Source of the DNA: an uncultured Candidatus Micrarchaeota archaeon
Lineage (GTDB): Archaea > Micrarchaeota > Micrarchaeia > Norongarragalinales > Norongarragalinaceae
Reading direction: 5' to 3'
DNA length: 45,157 nucleotides
NCBI GenBank assembly: GCA_903893865.1
Contig: CAITNU010000060.1
Location: 1-45,157, forward strand
Below the pieces are notes generated by a model, which saw only the letters and a program-made list of their open reading frames with translations, ran no database searches and had not been told where the DNA came from. Shown here one piece after another: positions 10,203 to 17,528 of the stretch. Position numbers and translations under genes: made by a program. Position 1 is the first letter of the stretch. Every line of letters starts with the position of its first letter.

Positions 10203-10583
10203 TCACTTGAATTTAAGGTTGAGCTTGTTTTTGCGGGCAACGCGCTTCATTTCTTCCAGCAATCCAGCGCTGAAAACGGGGAGCGCTGGCGAAAACAACA
10301 CGTACTTGTCGACTTTTGGTTTGTGGTGTACGACTCGAACGAATTTTATGATTCCGAGACCGCCAGCCATATCCTGCATCGTAATGTAATTAATGTACGC
10401 GTACGGGAATTCGAACGTTTTTTTCTCGAACACTTGCATTTCGAGGACGAGCTTGTCTTTGTACAAGAGTATTTTTGAGGCTGGCCAGGAAGCATACGCG
10501 CCCGGATTGGCAAAATCAGTGTAACCCAAGCTATCGACTACTTGGGCTGAAACGGTTTTCTCGAAAAGCTTTTTCGGTTTCAC
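10203..10583 (-). CDS. hypothetical cytoplasmic protein
   Basis: ORF track start is TTG at 10589. GTG at 10583 has GGTG 7 nt upstream and is preferred. No family recognised. Confidence 0.55.
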   Translation of the reverse strand: MKPKKLFEKTVSAQVVDSLGYTDFANPGAYASWPASKILLYKDKLVLEMQVFEKKTFEFPYAYINYITMQDMAGGLGIIKFVRVVHHKPKVDKYVLFSPALPVFSAGLLEEMKRVARKNKLNLKFK

Positions 10584-10674
10584 TGGCAAACACCGTTAGT
10601 AGCTAAAGCGTCTGGTGAATTAAAATGGCTGCGCCGAGGCCGAGTCTTGAACGAGAATACTCGAAAGCGATTCT

Positions 10675-10682
10675 CTTAAAAA
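10675..10682 (+). promoter_or_regulatory. TATA-like box TTAAAAAT for the 10705 membrane-protein gene
   Basis: Lies about 23-30 nt upstream of the ATG at 10705, consistent with a leaderless transcript. Confidence 0.4.
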
Positions 10683-10704
10683 TGTGGAAACGCTAACCAA
10701 AAAC

Positions 10705-11154
10705 ATGAACGGAAAACCTTGTTGCCGCGGTTGCTCGAAATTAGCGTGTTTAGCGGCAGCCGTCGCAGCAATCACGCTAATCGAAATCGCTTTGATAATC
10801 GGAGGAGTGCTGCAGCCCGTTTCGTCTTACTCGCCGGGCAACCTGCTTTTCGCTCTCGCGAGAATTGCGGTCGTAGCCTACGCCGGAATAGTTTTCGCTA
10901 AACAAGGCTTGAAGAAGGCGGCTGCGAACGGCGCAATACTGGGATTGACGACAGCAGTAATCATGTGCCTGGTTTCATTAGCCAGCAAACCTTTCTTCAA
11001 CAAGTCGATAATCGGGCTTTCGGCGTCGAGCAACGGAATGCTAGCCATACTATTCGCGCTACTAGTCCTGCAAAACGCGGTTATCTTCGCGGCTGTAGCC
11101 GTTCTAACCGCTTGGATCGCCATCCGCTTTGGAAAACCCAGCCGACCTCGGTAA
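10705..11154 (+). CDS. small integral membrane protein (about 4 TM)
   Basis: ORF track start GTG 10684 overlaps the TATA-like box. The in-frame ATG at 10705 is preferred. Four hydrophobic segments (e.g. LACLAAAVAAITLIEIALIIGGVL, AILFALLVLQNAVIFAAVAVLTAWIAI). Confidence 0.65.
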   Translation: MNGKPCCRGCSKLACLAAAVAAITLIEIALIIGGVLQPVSSYSPGNLLFALARIAVVAYAGIVFAKQGLKKAAANGAILGLTTAVIMCLVSLASKPFFNKSIIGLSASSNGMLAILFALLVLQNAVIFAAVAVLTAWIAIRFGKPSRPR

Positions 11155-11205
11155 CACCTCAAGCGTTTAAAGCAAGCGTTCAATAACTCCCTTCACGATG
11201 CCATT

Positions 11206-12270
11206 ATGTCATTAACGCGCTGCGCTTCGCTTGTCCTGCTCGCCGCCGTCCTAATGCTGGGATGCGCCTCCAACGGCGGCCACGTTGACCCGGTTAACGC
11301 GACCCGCGCGCTCCCGCAAATTCAATCTTACTTAGCCGAACATCCCAACCCCAAAATAACGGTGGCGCTATTAACTGGAGATCAACTCTCAGCCAAACTA
11401 GCTGAATACCCTGCTTGCGCTTCAATCAAAAATATCAAAAATCAATCGCTTTATTTCGTTTCATTTGAAGAAAACCAGGCAACCGCCATCGTCCTACTCG
11501 AACCTTCAACCGGTCAACCGTTGTGCATAATCTCAAACAATCCCGTGCCGACACAAAACCCGCCGACGCCCGTCGCTACAACCATCGCGCCGAGTCCGAC
11601 AAAACCAACGGCAACGCCAACAGCAACACCAAGTCCTACTCCGGCGCCCGCCGTCAATCCCGTTAGGTGCACCGCCATCCAGTGCGCCACAACCGCGTGC
11701 ACAGTAGACTTCAGCGCAGCACCTAACCTGGCCGATGAAGCCCAAAAAGCCGCTGAAACGTGCGAAGACAACGCCGCAAAAATCAAGCGAAAAATGCAAA
11801 GCGACAACCACGAAATCATCCAAATCAAATTCCAGCAAGGCATGCAATACGCGGGGCAAACAACAGGCAACTTGATAGAATTAAGCGCCGCTTACTTCGC
11901 CCGACAGCCGGACGACTTGGGCGCGATAGTCCACGAAATGGCTCACGTATACCAAGGGTATCCGTCTGGCCAGCCTTCCTGGCTTACGGAAGGCATCGCG
12001 GATTACATCAGGTACTGGGCCGGCTACAATAATTCTTGGAGCTACGCGCACTGCGCGGCCGCGCTTCCCAATTACACGTCGGGGTATTGGTGCAGCGCGG
12101 CGTTTCTCCAGTTCGTGGAAGAAAAGTACGACTCAAACCTCATCCCACAATTGAATGCCGCGCTAAGGCAAAACAAGTACGACGACAAACTGTTTCAAGA
12201 ATACGCGGGCAAACCCGTGGATCAACTGTGGCAAGAATGCCGACAAAACAATTGCAAAACAACTTCGTAA
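11206..12270 (+). CDS. secreted lipobox-type putative zinc metallopeptidase, BSP ('peptidase of plants and bacteria', PF04450-like) domain
   Basis: Signal plus lipobox LLAAVLMLGCASNG. Pro/Thr linker PVPTQNPPTPVATTIAPSPTKPTATPTATPSPTPAP. C-terminal domain has HExxH (VHEMAHVYQ) followed by WLTEGIADYIRYWAGY, which I recognise as the HE-x-x-H-x-x-Q ... EGIAD-[FY]-[VI]-R signature of basic-secretory-protein-type peptidases. Confidence 0.8.
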   Translation: MSLTRCASLVLLAAVLMLGCASNGGHVDPVNATRALPQIQSYLAEHPNPKITVALLTGDQLSAKLAEYPACASIKNIKNQSLYFVSFEENQATAIVLLEPSTGQPLCIISNNPVPTQNPPTPVATTIAPSPTKPTATPTATPSPTPAPAVNPVRCTAIQCATTACTVDFSAAPNLADEAQKAAETCEDNAAKIKRKMQSDNHEIIQIKFQQGMQYAGQTTGNLIELSAAYFARQPDDLGAIVHEMAHVYQGYPSGQPSWLTEGIADYIRYWAGYNNSWSYAHCAAALPNYTSGYWCSAAFLQFVEEKYDSNLIPQLNAALRQNKYDDKLFQEYAGKPVDQLWQECRQNNCKTTS

Positions 12271-12372
12271 GCTCCGGACGATAAAAGTCAGACCGTTCGC
12301 TAGGGGAACAATGCTTGACCTGACGCTCGGAGGACACGTCATTTCCGCGGAAATAAAGAAGCCACGGTTTTG

Positions 12373-13485
12373 TTACTGGCAGTTGATTTGCTTGATGCAG
12401 CCGTCATCGCCTTGGACGCCGTTCCAGTTCTGGTGGTTTTCACGGCATTTCACTGCTTCAGTCAGCACCGCTTCCGGAACCGCGCAACCAGGTCTCTGCG
12501 AACCTTCAATCTGGCCGCGGACTATGTCGCGGACGGTCTTGCACTCGTATTTCGTCACGCAGTTTTTGTCGTCGCGAATCTGCGCGTACTCCGAATTCTT
12601 CGCTTGGCAAGCCTGCTGTTCCTGCTGCGTCGGGGAAACAATGCCCACGCATTTGACTGGTTCGAGGCACTGCGCGTAAAACGGCAGAGACGGTTTTTCG
12701 ACGCTTGTTTTCTTAAGCGTCACCTTCGGTCCCGCCTGCCCATTCCCCTGGTTGCCGCCTGACTCGATTGCAAAGTTAACGTTGAACGGCTGAGGCAAAC
12801 CGCCGCCCAGCTTTGCAACGCAAACGCTTATCGTCCCGCCGTTCTTCGGAATCAACGCGAATTCGACGCACGGCTTGGCGTACTGCTTGTTTTCGCCGGT
12901 TTTAGTCACCGAAATGTCTTCCGGGTTGCCGCCGCCGATTTGCACGTTTTTCAATATCGTCGGCGTCGTCTCGTTCCAGACCGCGCTTGTATCGAAATTT
13001 TGGCCGTCCGCCGCGAACAACGCGTTAAGCGTCAACAGGAAATCGAAATCCACGGCTTGCGGTTTCGCGTCTTCAAACGCCAGCTTGTTCTTGTCCATCA
13101 TACTGGAGTACGCGACGGTTCCGTCGTCCTCGTACACAGTTATTTTCTGCACGGCGAAGTTCTGCGCGTCTCCCCCGACGAAATCCTGAATGAAACCGTT
13201 CAACGCCTTTTTGCCGCCGCAGTTTTTTTCTTCAGTCAACCAAACCGTGAAAGACGTCATCGGTCCCCAGCCCTGCAATTCGTAATCAAGCTTCAAGCCG
13301 AGAAAAGGCGTGGGCGTAGGCGAAGCCTTCATCGTCGGCGTTGAGGTCGCAATTGCAGTCGCCGTCGCCACTGTGGCAGCTGCAGTAGGCGTCGCTGTCG
13401 GCGTTGTCGCCGGAGGTTGCGTGCAACCGAATAACAAGATTGCGGAAATCAAAAACAACGAACAAAACAACGAAATAATCCTCAT
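12373..13485 (-). CDS. secreted lipobox-type protein with Pro/Thr/Ala linker and Cys-rich C-terminus, function unknown
   Basis: ATG at 13485 with GAGGTGA 6 nt upstream. N-terminus MRIISLFCSLFLISAILLFGCTQPPATTPTATPTAAAT. Ten Cys in the last ~100 aa. Confidence 0.8.
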   Translation of the reverse strand: MRIISLFCSLFLISAILLFGCTQPPATTPTATPTAAATVATATAIATSTPTMKASPTPTPFLGLKLDYELQGWGPMTSFTVWLTEEKNCGGKKALNGFIQDFVGGDAQNFAVQKITVYEDDGTVAYSSMMDKNKLAFEDAKPQAVDFDFLLTLNALFAADGQNFDTSAVWNETTPTILKNVQIGGGNPEDISVTKTGENKQYAKPCVEFALIPKNGGTISVCVAKLGGGLPQPFNVNFAIESGGNQGNGQAGPKVTLKKTSVEKPSLPFYAQCLEPVKCVGIVSPTQQEQQACQAKNSEYAQIRDDKNCVTKYECKTVRDIVRGQIEGSQRPGCAVPEAVLTEAVKCRENHQNWNGVQGDDGCIKQINCQ

Positions 13486-13617
13486 TTATTTCACCTCAGT
13501 GATCAGTCAATTAGTCAACCGTTCGCATTAGGTTCCACCATTTTTTAAAGCGATGTTTTGCGGTTGCCCAAAGATTTATATTCTTCTTAAATGATGCAAC
13601 CAGCAGGTAGAGACGAA

Positions 13618-13750
13618 TGCGGCTGCCGGGAATCGGACCCGGATCACGAGCTTTCTCCGCGCTTTTTAGTGCACGCTTTTTTAGTGCAGGTTTTTGCCAC
13701 AGCAAAAAAGTGCTTGGGAAGCTCGTATCATGCCACTAGACCACAGCCGC
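13618..13750 (-). tRNA. tRNA-Gly (anticodon CCC) with a 62-nt intron at the canonical 37/38 position
   Basis: Minus strand reads GCGGCTG-TG-GTCTAGTGGCATGAT-A-CGAGC-TTCCCA | intron | A-GCTCG-TGAT-CCGGG-TCCGATT-CCCGG-CAGCCGC-A. All 7 acceptor, 5 anticodon-stem and 5 T-stem pairs are Watson-Crick. A14, G18, G19 and A21 are present, the discriminator is A73, and CCA is not encoded. Exon 1 is 13715..13750. The intron is 13653..13714, with the boundary ambiguous by 1 nt because of flanking A residues. Exon 2 is 13618..13652. Confidence 0.88.
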
Positions 13751-13840
13751 GCTGCGCGAAACTCTGCGGAATTCCGCGGAATAGTTTTTCTTCAAGAGCA
13801 ATTAAAAACCTTGCCCGCGTTTGCTTTAACGAAAGCAAAA

Positions 13841-14716
13841 ATGGTTTTAGATGTCTTGATCCCGCCGCGCCGCGCCCTCCGCGAGCCTTGGCTTATAGCG
13901 TTAGCGAGCGCGGTCTTCGTGACTTGCGGCGTCGGATTGCAAGTCCTCGTTCCGTCTTTGCACGCGAGCGCGGTTATTTTCGCGATGGTTCCCGCGATTC
14001 CGCTGGTTTGGACGCTTCTCATGCACGAAGAGCGTTTGGAAGAAAACGTTTGCTACCGCTATGCGTCCCCGCTCGCCGGCGAAAGAAAGTTCGTCGAATA
14101 CCACTCGCGCCTCATACTTGTTTTCGCATGGTTTTTCTTTGGCGCAATCGTCGCTTACTGCGCTTGGTACGCCGTTCTGCCCGCTCCCGCGACTCAAATC
14201 ATTTTCAGCGACCAGTTGAACGAAGTCAAGGCAATCGAGGGATTCGCGGCGAATGCAGCAAATGCGGCGGGAAATGCGGCTGCCGCGGGAGTCGGCGCGG
14301 TTGGCGTTACCGGCCGCGTTTTCAGCGAAGGCAAGTTTTTGACGCTCTTGCTGCATAATCTGCAAGTCCTCGGCTTGATGTTCTTGTTCTGCCTAATTTA
14401 CGGCGTCGGAAGCGTGTATTTGCTTCTCTGGAACGCGAGCATAATCGGCGTAGTAATCGGCGCTCGCGTGAAAATCGAGGGCGTGCTCGGTTTCGTGACG
14501 GGTTTTCTCGGCTTGTTCCCGCACGGGATTTTCGAAGTAGCAGCGTATTTCGTCGCGAGCATCGCAGGCGGCATTCTCTCGATGGCGGTAATACGCTTCG
14601 CTCGCTCTAAGTGCCCGCGCCGCGAAGCGCCCGCGCTCGCGCTCGACGTCGTGATTCTCGCGGTTGTTTCCGTCGTGCTAATCACGATAGGAGCCGCGAT
14701 TGAAAGCAGCTATTAA
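13841..14716 (+). CDS. integral membrane protein, SpoIIM/DUF95-like family
   Basis: ORF track start 13694 overlaps the tRNA. The in-frame ATG at 13841 lies about 31-40 nt downstream of ATTAAAAA. The motif region LLHNLQVLGLMFLF...LLLWNASIIGVVIG...LFPHGIFEVAAYFVASIAGG resembles the HGI[FP]E...A-x-x-x-AGG core of DUF95/SpoIIM proteins. It contains an Ala/Asn/Gly low-complexity loop (AANAANAAGNAAAAGVGAVGV). Confidence 0.75.
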   Translation: MVLDVLIPPRRALREPWLIALASAVFVTCGVGLQVLVPSLHASAVIFAMVPAIPLVWTLLMHEERLEENVCYRYASPLAGERKFVEYHSRLILVFAWFFFGAIVAYCAWYAVLPAPATQIIFSDQLNEVKAIEGFAANAANAAGNAAAAGVGAVGVTGRVFSEGKFLTLLLHNLQVLGLMFLFCLIYGVGSVYLLLWNASIIGVVIGARVKIEGVLGFVTGFLGLFPHGIFEVAAYFVASIAGGILSMAVIRFARSKCPRREAPALALDVVILAVVSVVLITIGAAIESSY

Positions 14717-14770
14717 TCCAATGCTGGCCTGAAGCCGCATTGCTTCGAAAGCGCTTTGAATCGCTTAAAC

Positions 14771-15337
14771 CTATTTTTTTAGGGTTTTGAGAAAATTCGC
14801 GTAAATCTCTTCGCCGCGCTCGGTGTGCTGCACTTCCGGGTGAAAAAGCGTTCCGTAAATCGGCTTGTGCTCGTGCTTGAAAGCGTGCCACTTGCAGTCC
14901 GCGCTCGACGCGAGCAACCGAAAGCCGGGCGCGCTCACGATTTCGTCGTTGTGCGAAGCCCACGCCTTGAACTCGCGCGGGAAACCGCGAAACAAATCGT
15001 CTTCATCGACAACACTTATTTTTACTGGGCCGTATTCCGGCTTCGCCGCGGGCGCCACAGCGCCGCCGAAATGAAGCGCGATGAATTGTTGTCCGTAGCA
15101 AACCCCGAAAATGCCACCCTCGAACTCGTCTAGGAGCGCGCCGCAATTGCCGGCAGCGTCGAGTTCGCCTTTCCCTGCGCGCATTGCTCCCCCGCTTAAA
15201 ACGAGTCCGTCCGCATCCTTGACTTTTTGCAGCGAAACGTCAGCTGAGACGATTTCGCTTTCGCATTCTAGGTCGCGCAGCGTGCGCCAAATTCGATGCG
15301 TCCATTGACTCCCCAAATCAACGACTAAAACCTTCAC
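14771..15337 (-). CDS. guaAA: GMP synthase (glutamine-hydrolysing) subunit A, class I glutamine amidotransferase
   Basis: 188 aa. GTG start with GGTGA 5 nt upstream. Nucleophile-elbow GVCYGQQ and C-terminal HPEV histidine motif. Size and motifs match archaeal stand-alone GuaA GATase subunits. Confidence 0.9.
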   Translation of the reverse strand: MKVLVVDLGSQWTHRIWRTLRDLECESEIVSADVSLQKVKDADGLVLSGGAMRAGKGELDAAGNCGALLDEFEGGIFGVCYGQQFIALHFGGAVAPAAKPEYGPVKISVVDEDDLFRGFPREFKAWASHNDEIVSAPGFRLLASSADCKWHAFKHEHKPIYGTLFHPEVQHTERGEEIYANFLKTLKK

Positions 15338-15384
15338 AAATTCACCGAAATTGCTTTATAGGTGTTCTATTCTTAAACATTTTC

Positions 15385-16422
15385 ATGGCACCTACAATTT
15401 ACATAAACATGCCTAGCGTCCGTCGTACTGGAAGAGATTCATGGCTTCGCTGGACTACTCATGCGCTGGAAGCTCGGGCTGGACGCGAGGTTTTGCGAGA
15501 TGTTCATGAAGGTATAAGTGAGTCTGCACGTAAAAAGCAATTTTCAACCACTCTTCGCCTAACCAAGATGTTATACTGGCTTAAAAATAGAAAAATGCTT
15601 GACTCCCACAAAATCGAGAACGAGGTCCACTTGCTCGTGGTCGATAATGCTATGCTATACAAAGAGAAACCGCTTGAAAAAACTCACTCGCCTAACGCGT
15701 TAGAATTAGCTAAGGTATTGAACAAAATCGGAAACAAGTACGGCGTGTTCGTACACTACCTGATTGTCACGCCAGAAATCATAAGAGAATTGTTTCCTAG
15801 CGGCGTGCCCTTCGACTCGCACTTGGTGCATATAGCCAACGCAAGGCCAAAGACTGGCCCGGGTGAAGCCACTAACTTAGGATTCGCTTACATGCGGACA
15901 CACCAAGAATTTTTTCTAAATTCGTCTGACGAGAAACGCGATGTTTTGATATCGCGAGTGCCTGACGACATTAAACTACCGATGAAAAAAATAAAGTGGG
16001 TGAACGCCGCCAGGCCTGAGGAGAAAATGCATAGAAACGTTTTCTTTGACATTGAAGACATCGTCAAGGGTGCGATAATCCCGACTCCGGGTTCCCGCGG
16101 ATATGATTTTGATGGGCACAAGTATAAGTATTCAGGACGAGGCGCAGTGTATCGTGTTTTTCAGGGAAAACCAAGTGAGTTTTATTATTATGGAACTCGT
16201 TTCGGCAAAGACAAAGGAGTCAAACACTCGAAAAATGTCCGCGAATTTAACATGCCTAACTACCTCTTTCACGGAAAAAGAAGTACCTGGAGCAAATCAG
16301 GCACAAAGAGTGATGTTTTCGGTTGGCTAATCCCAGGAGTAACTCCAATAGAGGGATTAAACCAACTAATAGTCAGCAAGATTATCGCGGCTTCTGGAAT
16401 AAAGCGGCCGACAAAAACTTGA
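15385..16422 (+). CDS. hypothetical protein in a compositionally atypical (lower-GC) gene
   Basis: ATG at 15385. A long clean 345-aa ORF with no strong competing ORF. Codon choice differs visibly from its neighbours (AGA/AAA/AAT/ATA-rich). No family recognised. Confidence 0.65.
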   Translation: MAPTIYINMPSVRRTGRDSWLRWTTHALEARAGREVLRDVHEGISESARKKQFSTTLRLTKMLYWLKNRKMLDSHKIENEVHLLVVDNAMLYKEKPLEKTHSPNALELAKVLNKIGNKYGVFVHYLIVTPEIIRELFPSGVPFDSHLVHIANARPKTGPGEATNLGFAYMRTHQEFFLNSSDEKRDVLISRVPDDIKLPMKKIKWVNAARPEEKMHRNVFFDIEDIVKGAIIPTPGSRGYDFDGHKYKYSGRGAVYRVFQGKPSEFYYYGTRFGKDKGVKHSKNVREFNMPNYLFHGKRSTWSKSGTKSDVFGWLIPGVTPIEGLNQLIVSKIIAASGIKRPTKT

Positions 16423-16429
16423 ACAAACC

Positions 16430-17392
16430 TTATTCCCACTCGATTGTGCCAGGCGGCTTGAACGTGCAGTCGAACACCACGCGGTTAATCTTGTCTTTGA
16501 GTTCGTTCGCGATGCGCGCGCTCAAACGTTCTAGAAATTCCGGCGGAAAGCGCGAGGGCTGCGCGGTCATCGCGTCAGCGCAAGAAACCGCGCGAACGAC
16601 GACTGTTTCCTTGTAAGAGCGCGCGTCGCCTTGCACGCCAACGCTTCGCACGGGTAGAAGAACAGCAAAATACTGCCACGGCCGCTCGAACTCGCCTCGG
16701 CCAGCGCCGGCCTCGATTTCTTCTTCCGCTATCGCGCAAGCGCGCCTGCAAACCGCAACTCGCTCAGGCGAGAGTTCGCCGAGAACGCGCACAGCGAGTC
16801 CTGGACCTGGAAAAGGCTGGCGATTAAAAATCGCGGGTGGAACACCGAGTTCGCGCGCTACGAGCCTGACTTCATCCTTGTACAAATCGCGCAACGGTTC
16901 GACGAGGCGCAGCCCCATTTTTTCCGGCAAGCCGCCCACGTTGTGGTGCGATTTTATGCGGTCGCGCGTTCCAGCGCCGCTCTCAATCCAGTCAGGCGCA
17001 ATTGTTCCTTGAAACAGGAATTCGGCGTGCGAGCGTTTTGCCTCGCGCTCGAAAACGCGTATAAACCGTTCTCCGATGATTTTGCGTTTTGCTTCCGGCT
17101 CAGTCACGCCTTTAAGTGCCGCGAAAAATTCATCTCCAGCTCGCACGACTTCGAGCTTGATATCAAGCTCGCGGAAAACCGCGGCGGTGTTTTCTGCTTC
17201 GCGCTCGCGCATGAAACCCGTGTCAACGAAAACCGCGTGGAGCTTCGCTCCAAGCGCGCGGTGCGCGAGCACTGCGGCAGTCGTGGAATCAACGCCTCCG
17301 CTCGCGCCGATTACGGCATTCGCTTCGCTGCCGACGGTTTCTTTTATTTTCGAGGTTTGTTCGCCGATGAATTTGCGCGGGTTGAAAGCCAA
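16430..17392 (-). CDS. guaAB: GMP synthase subunit B (ATP pyrophosphatase / dimerisation domains)
   Basis: PP-loop GASGGVDSTTAAVL. C-terminus ...KPPGTIEWE is typical of GMP synthase. The ORF is open up to GTG 17464. I prefer TTG at 17392 (AGGTGG 7 nt upstream) because it gives MAFNPRKFIGEQ..., which aligns with the usual archaeal GuaAB N-terminus and a ~320-aa length. The start remains uncertain. Confidence 0.9.
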   Translation of the reverse strand: MAFNPRKFIGEQTSKIKETVGSEANAVIGASGGVDSTTAAVLAHRALGAKLHAVFVDTGFMREREAENTAAVFRELDIKLEVVRAGDEFFAALKGVTEPEAKRKIIGERFIRVFEREAKRSHAEFLFQGTIAPDWIESGAGTRDRIKSHHNVGGLPEKMGLRLVEPLRDLYKDEVRLVARELGVPPAIFNRQPFPGPGLAVRVLGELSPERVAVCRRACAIAEEEIEAGAGRGEFERPWQYFAVLLPVRSVGVQGDARSYKETVVVRAVSCADAMTAQPSRFPPEFLERLSARIANELKDKINRVVFDCTFKPPGTIEWE

Positions 17393-17528
17393 AAAGAGTC
17401 CACCTTTGCGATGCCGCAGGTTTTCGTTTATTATCTCGTGAAGAGTTTTTAAACTCGACGCCACGACGGCTGTAACGGCAAAAGCGTTTTATTAACTCGG
17501 CGCTTTAAACACTATCCTCTTCGAGCAA

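Noticed and set aside
13766-13777. Perfect 12-nt palindrome GCGGAATTCCGC between the tRNA 5' end and the DUF95 gene as an operator
   Set aside because: It is short and single-copy, with no second half-site or recurrence elsewhere in the window. It cannot be distinguished from chance without comparative data.
13591-14358. 255-aa plus-strand ORF (and the 64-aa minus ORF 13511..13705) predicted over the tRNA region
   Set aside because: Both overlap a structurally complete tRNA-Gly. The 255-aa product is an Arg/Cys-rich low-complexity translation in an alternative frame of the DUF95 membrane-protein gene. The in-frame ATG at 13841 of the other frame gives a coherent membrane protein.
15385-16422. 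Calling the low-GC gene between guaAB and guaAA a mobile element
   Set aside because: No integrase, transposase, terminal inverted repeats, target-site duplication or tRNA attachment site is visible. Only the compositional anomaly and the insertion-like position can be supported, so it is reported as a finding rather than annotated as a mobile element.
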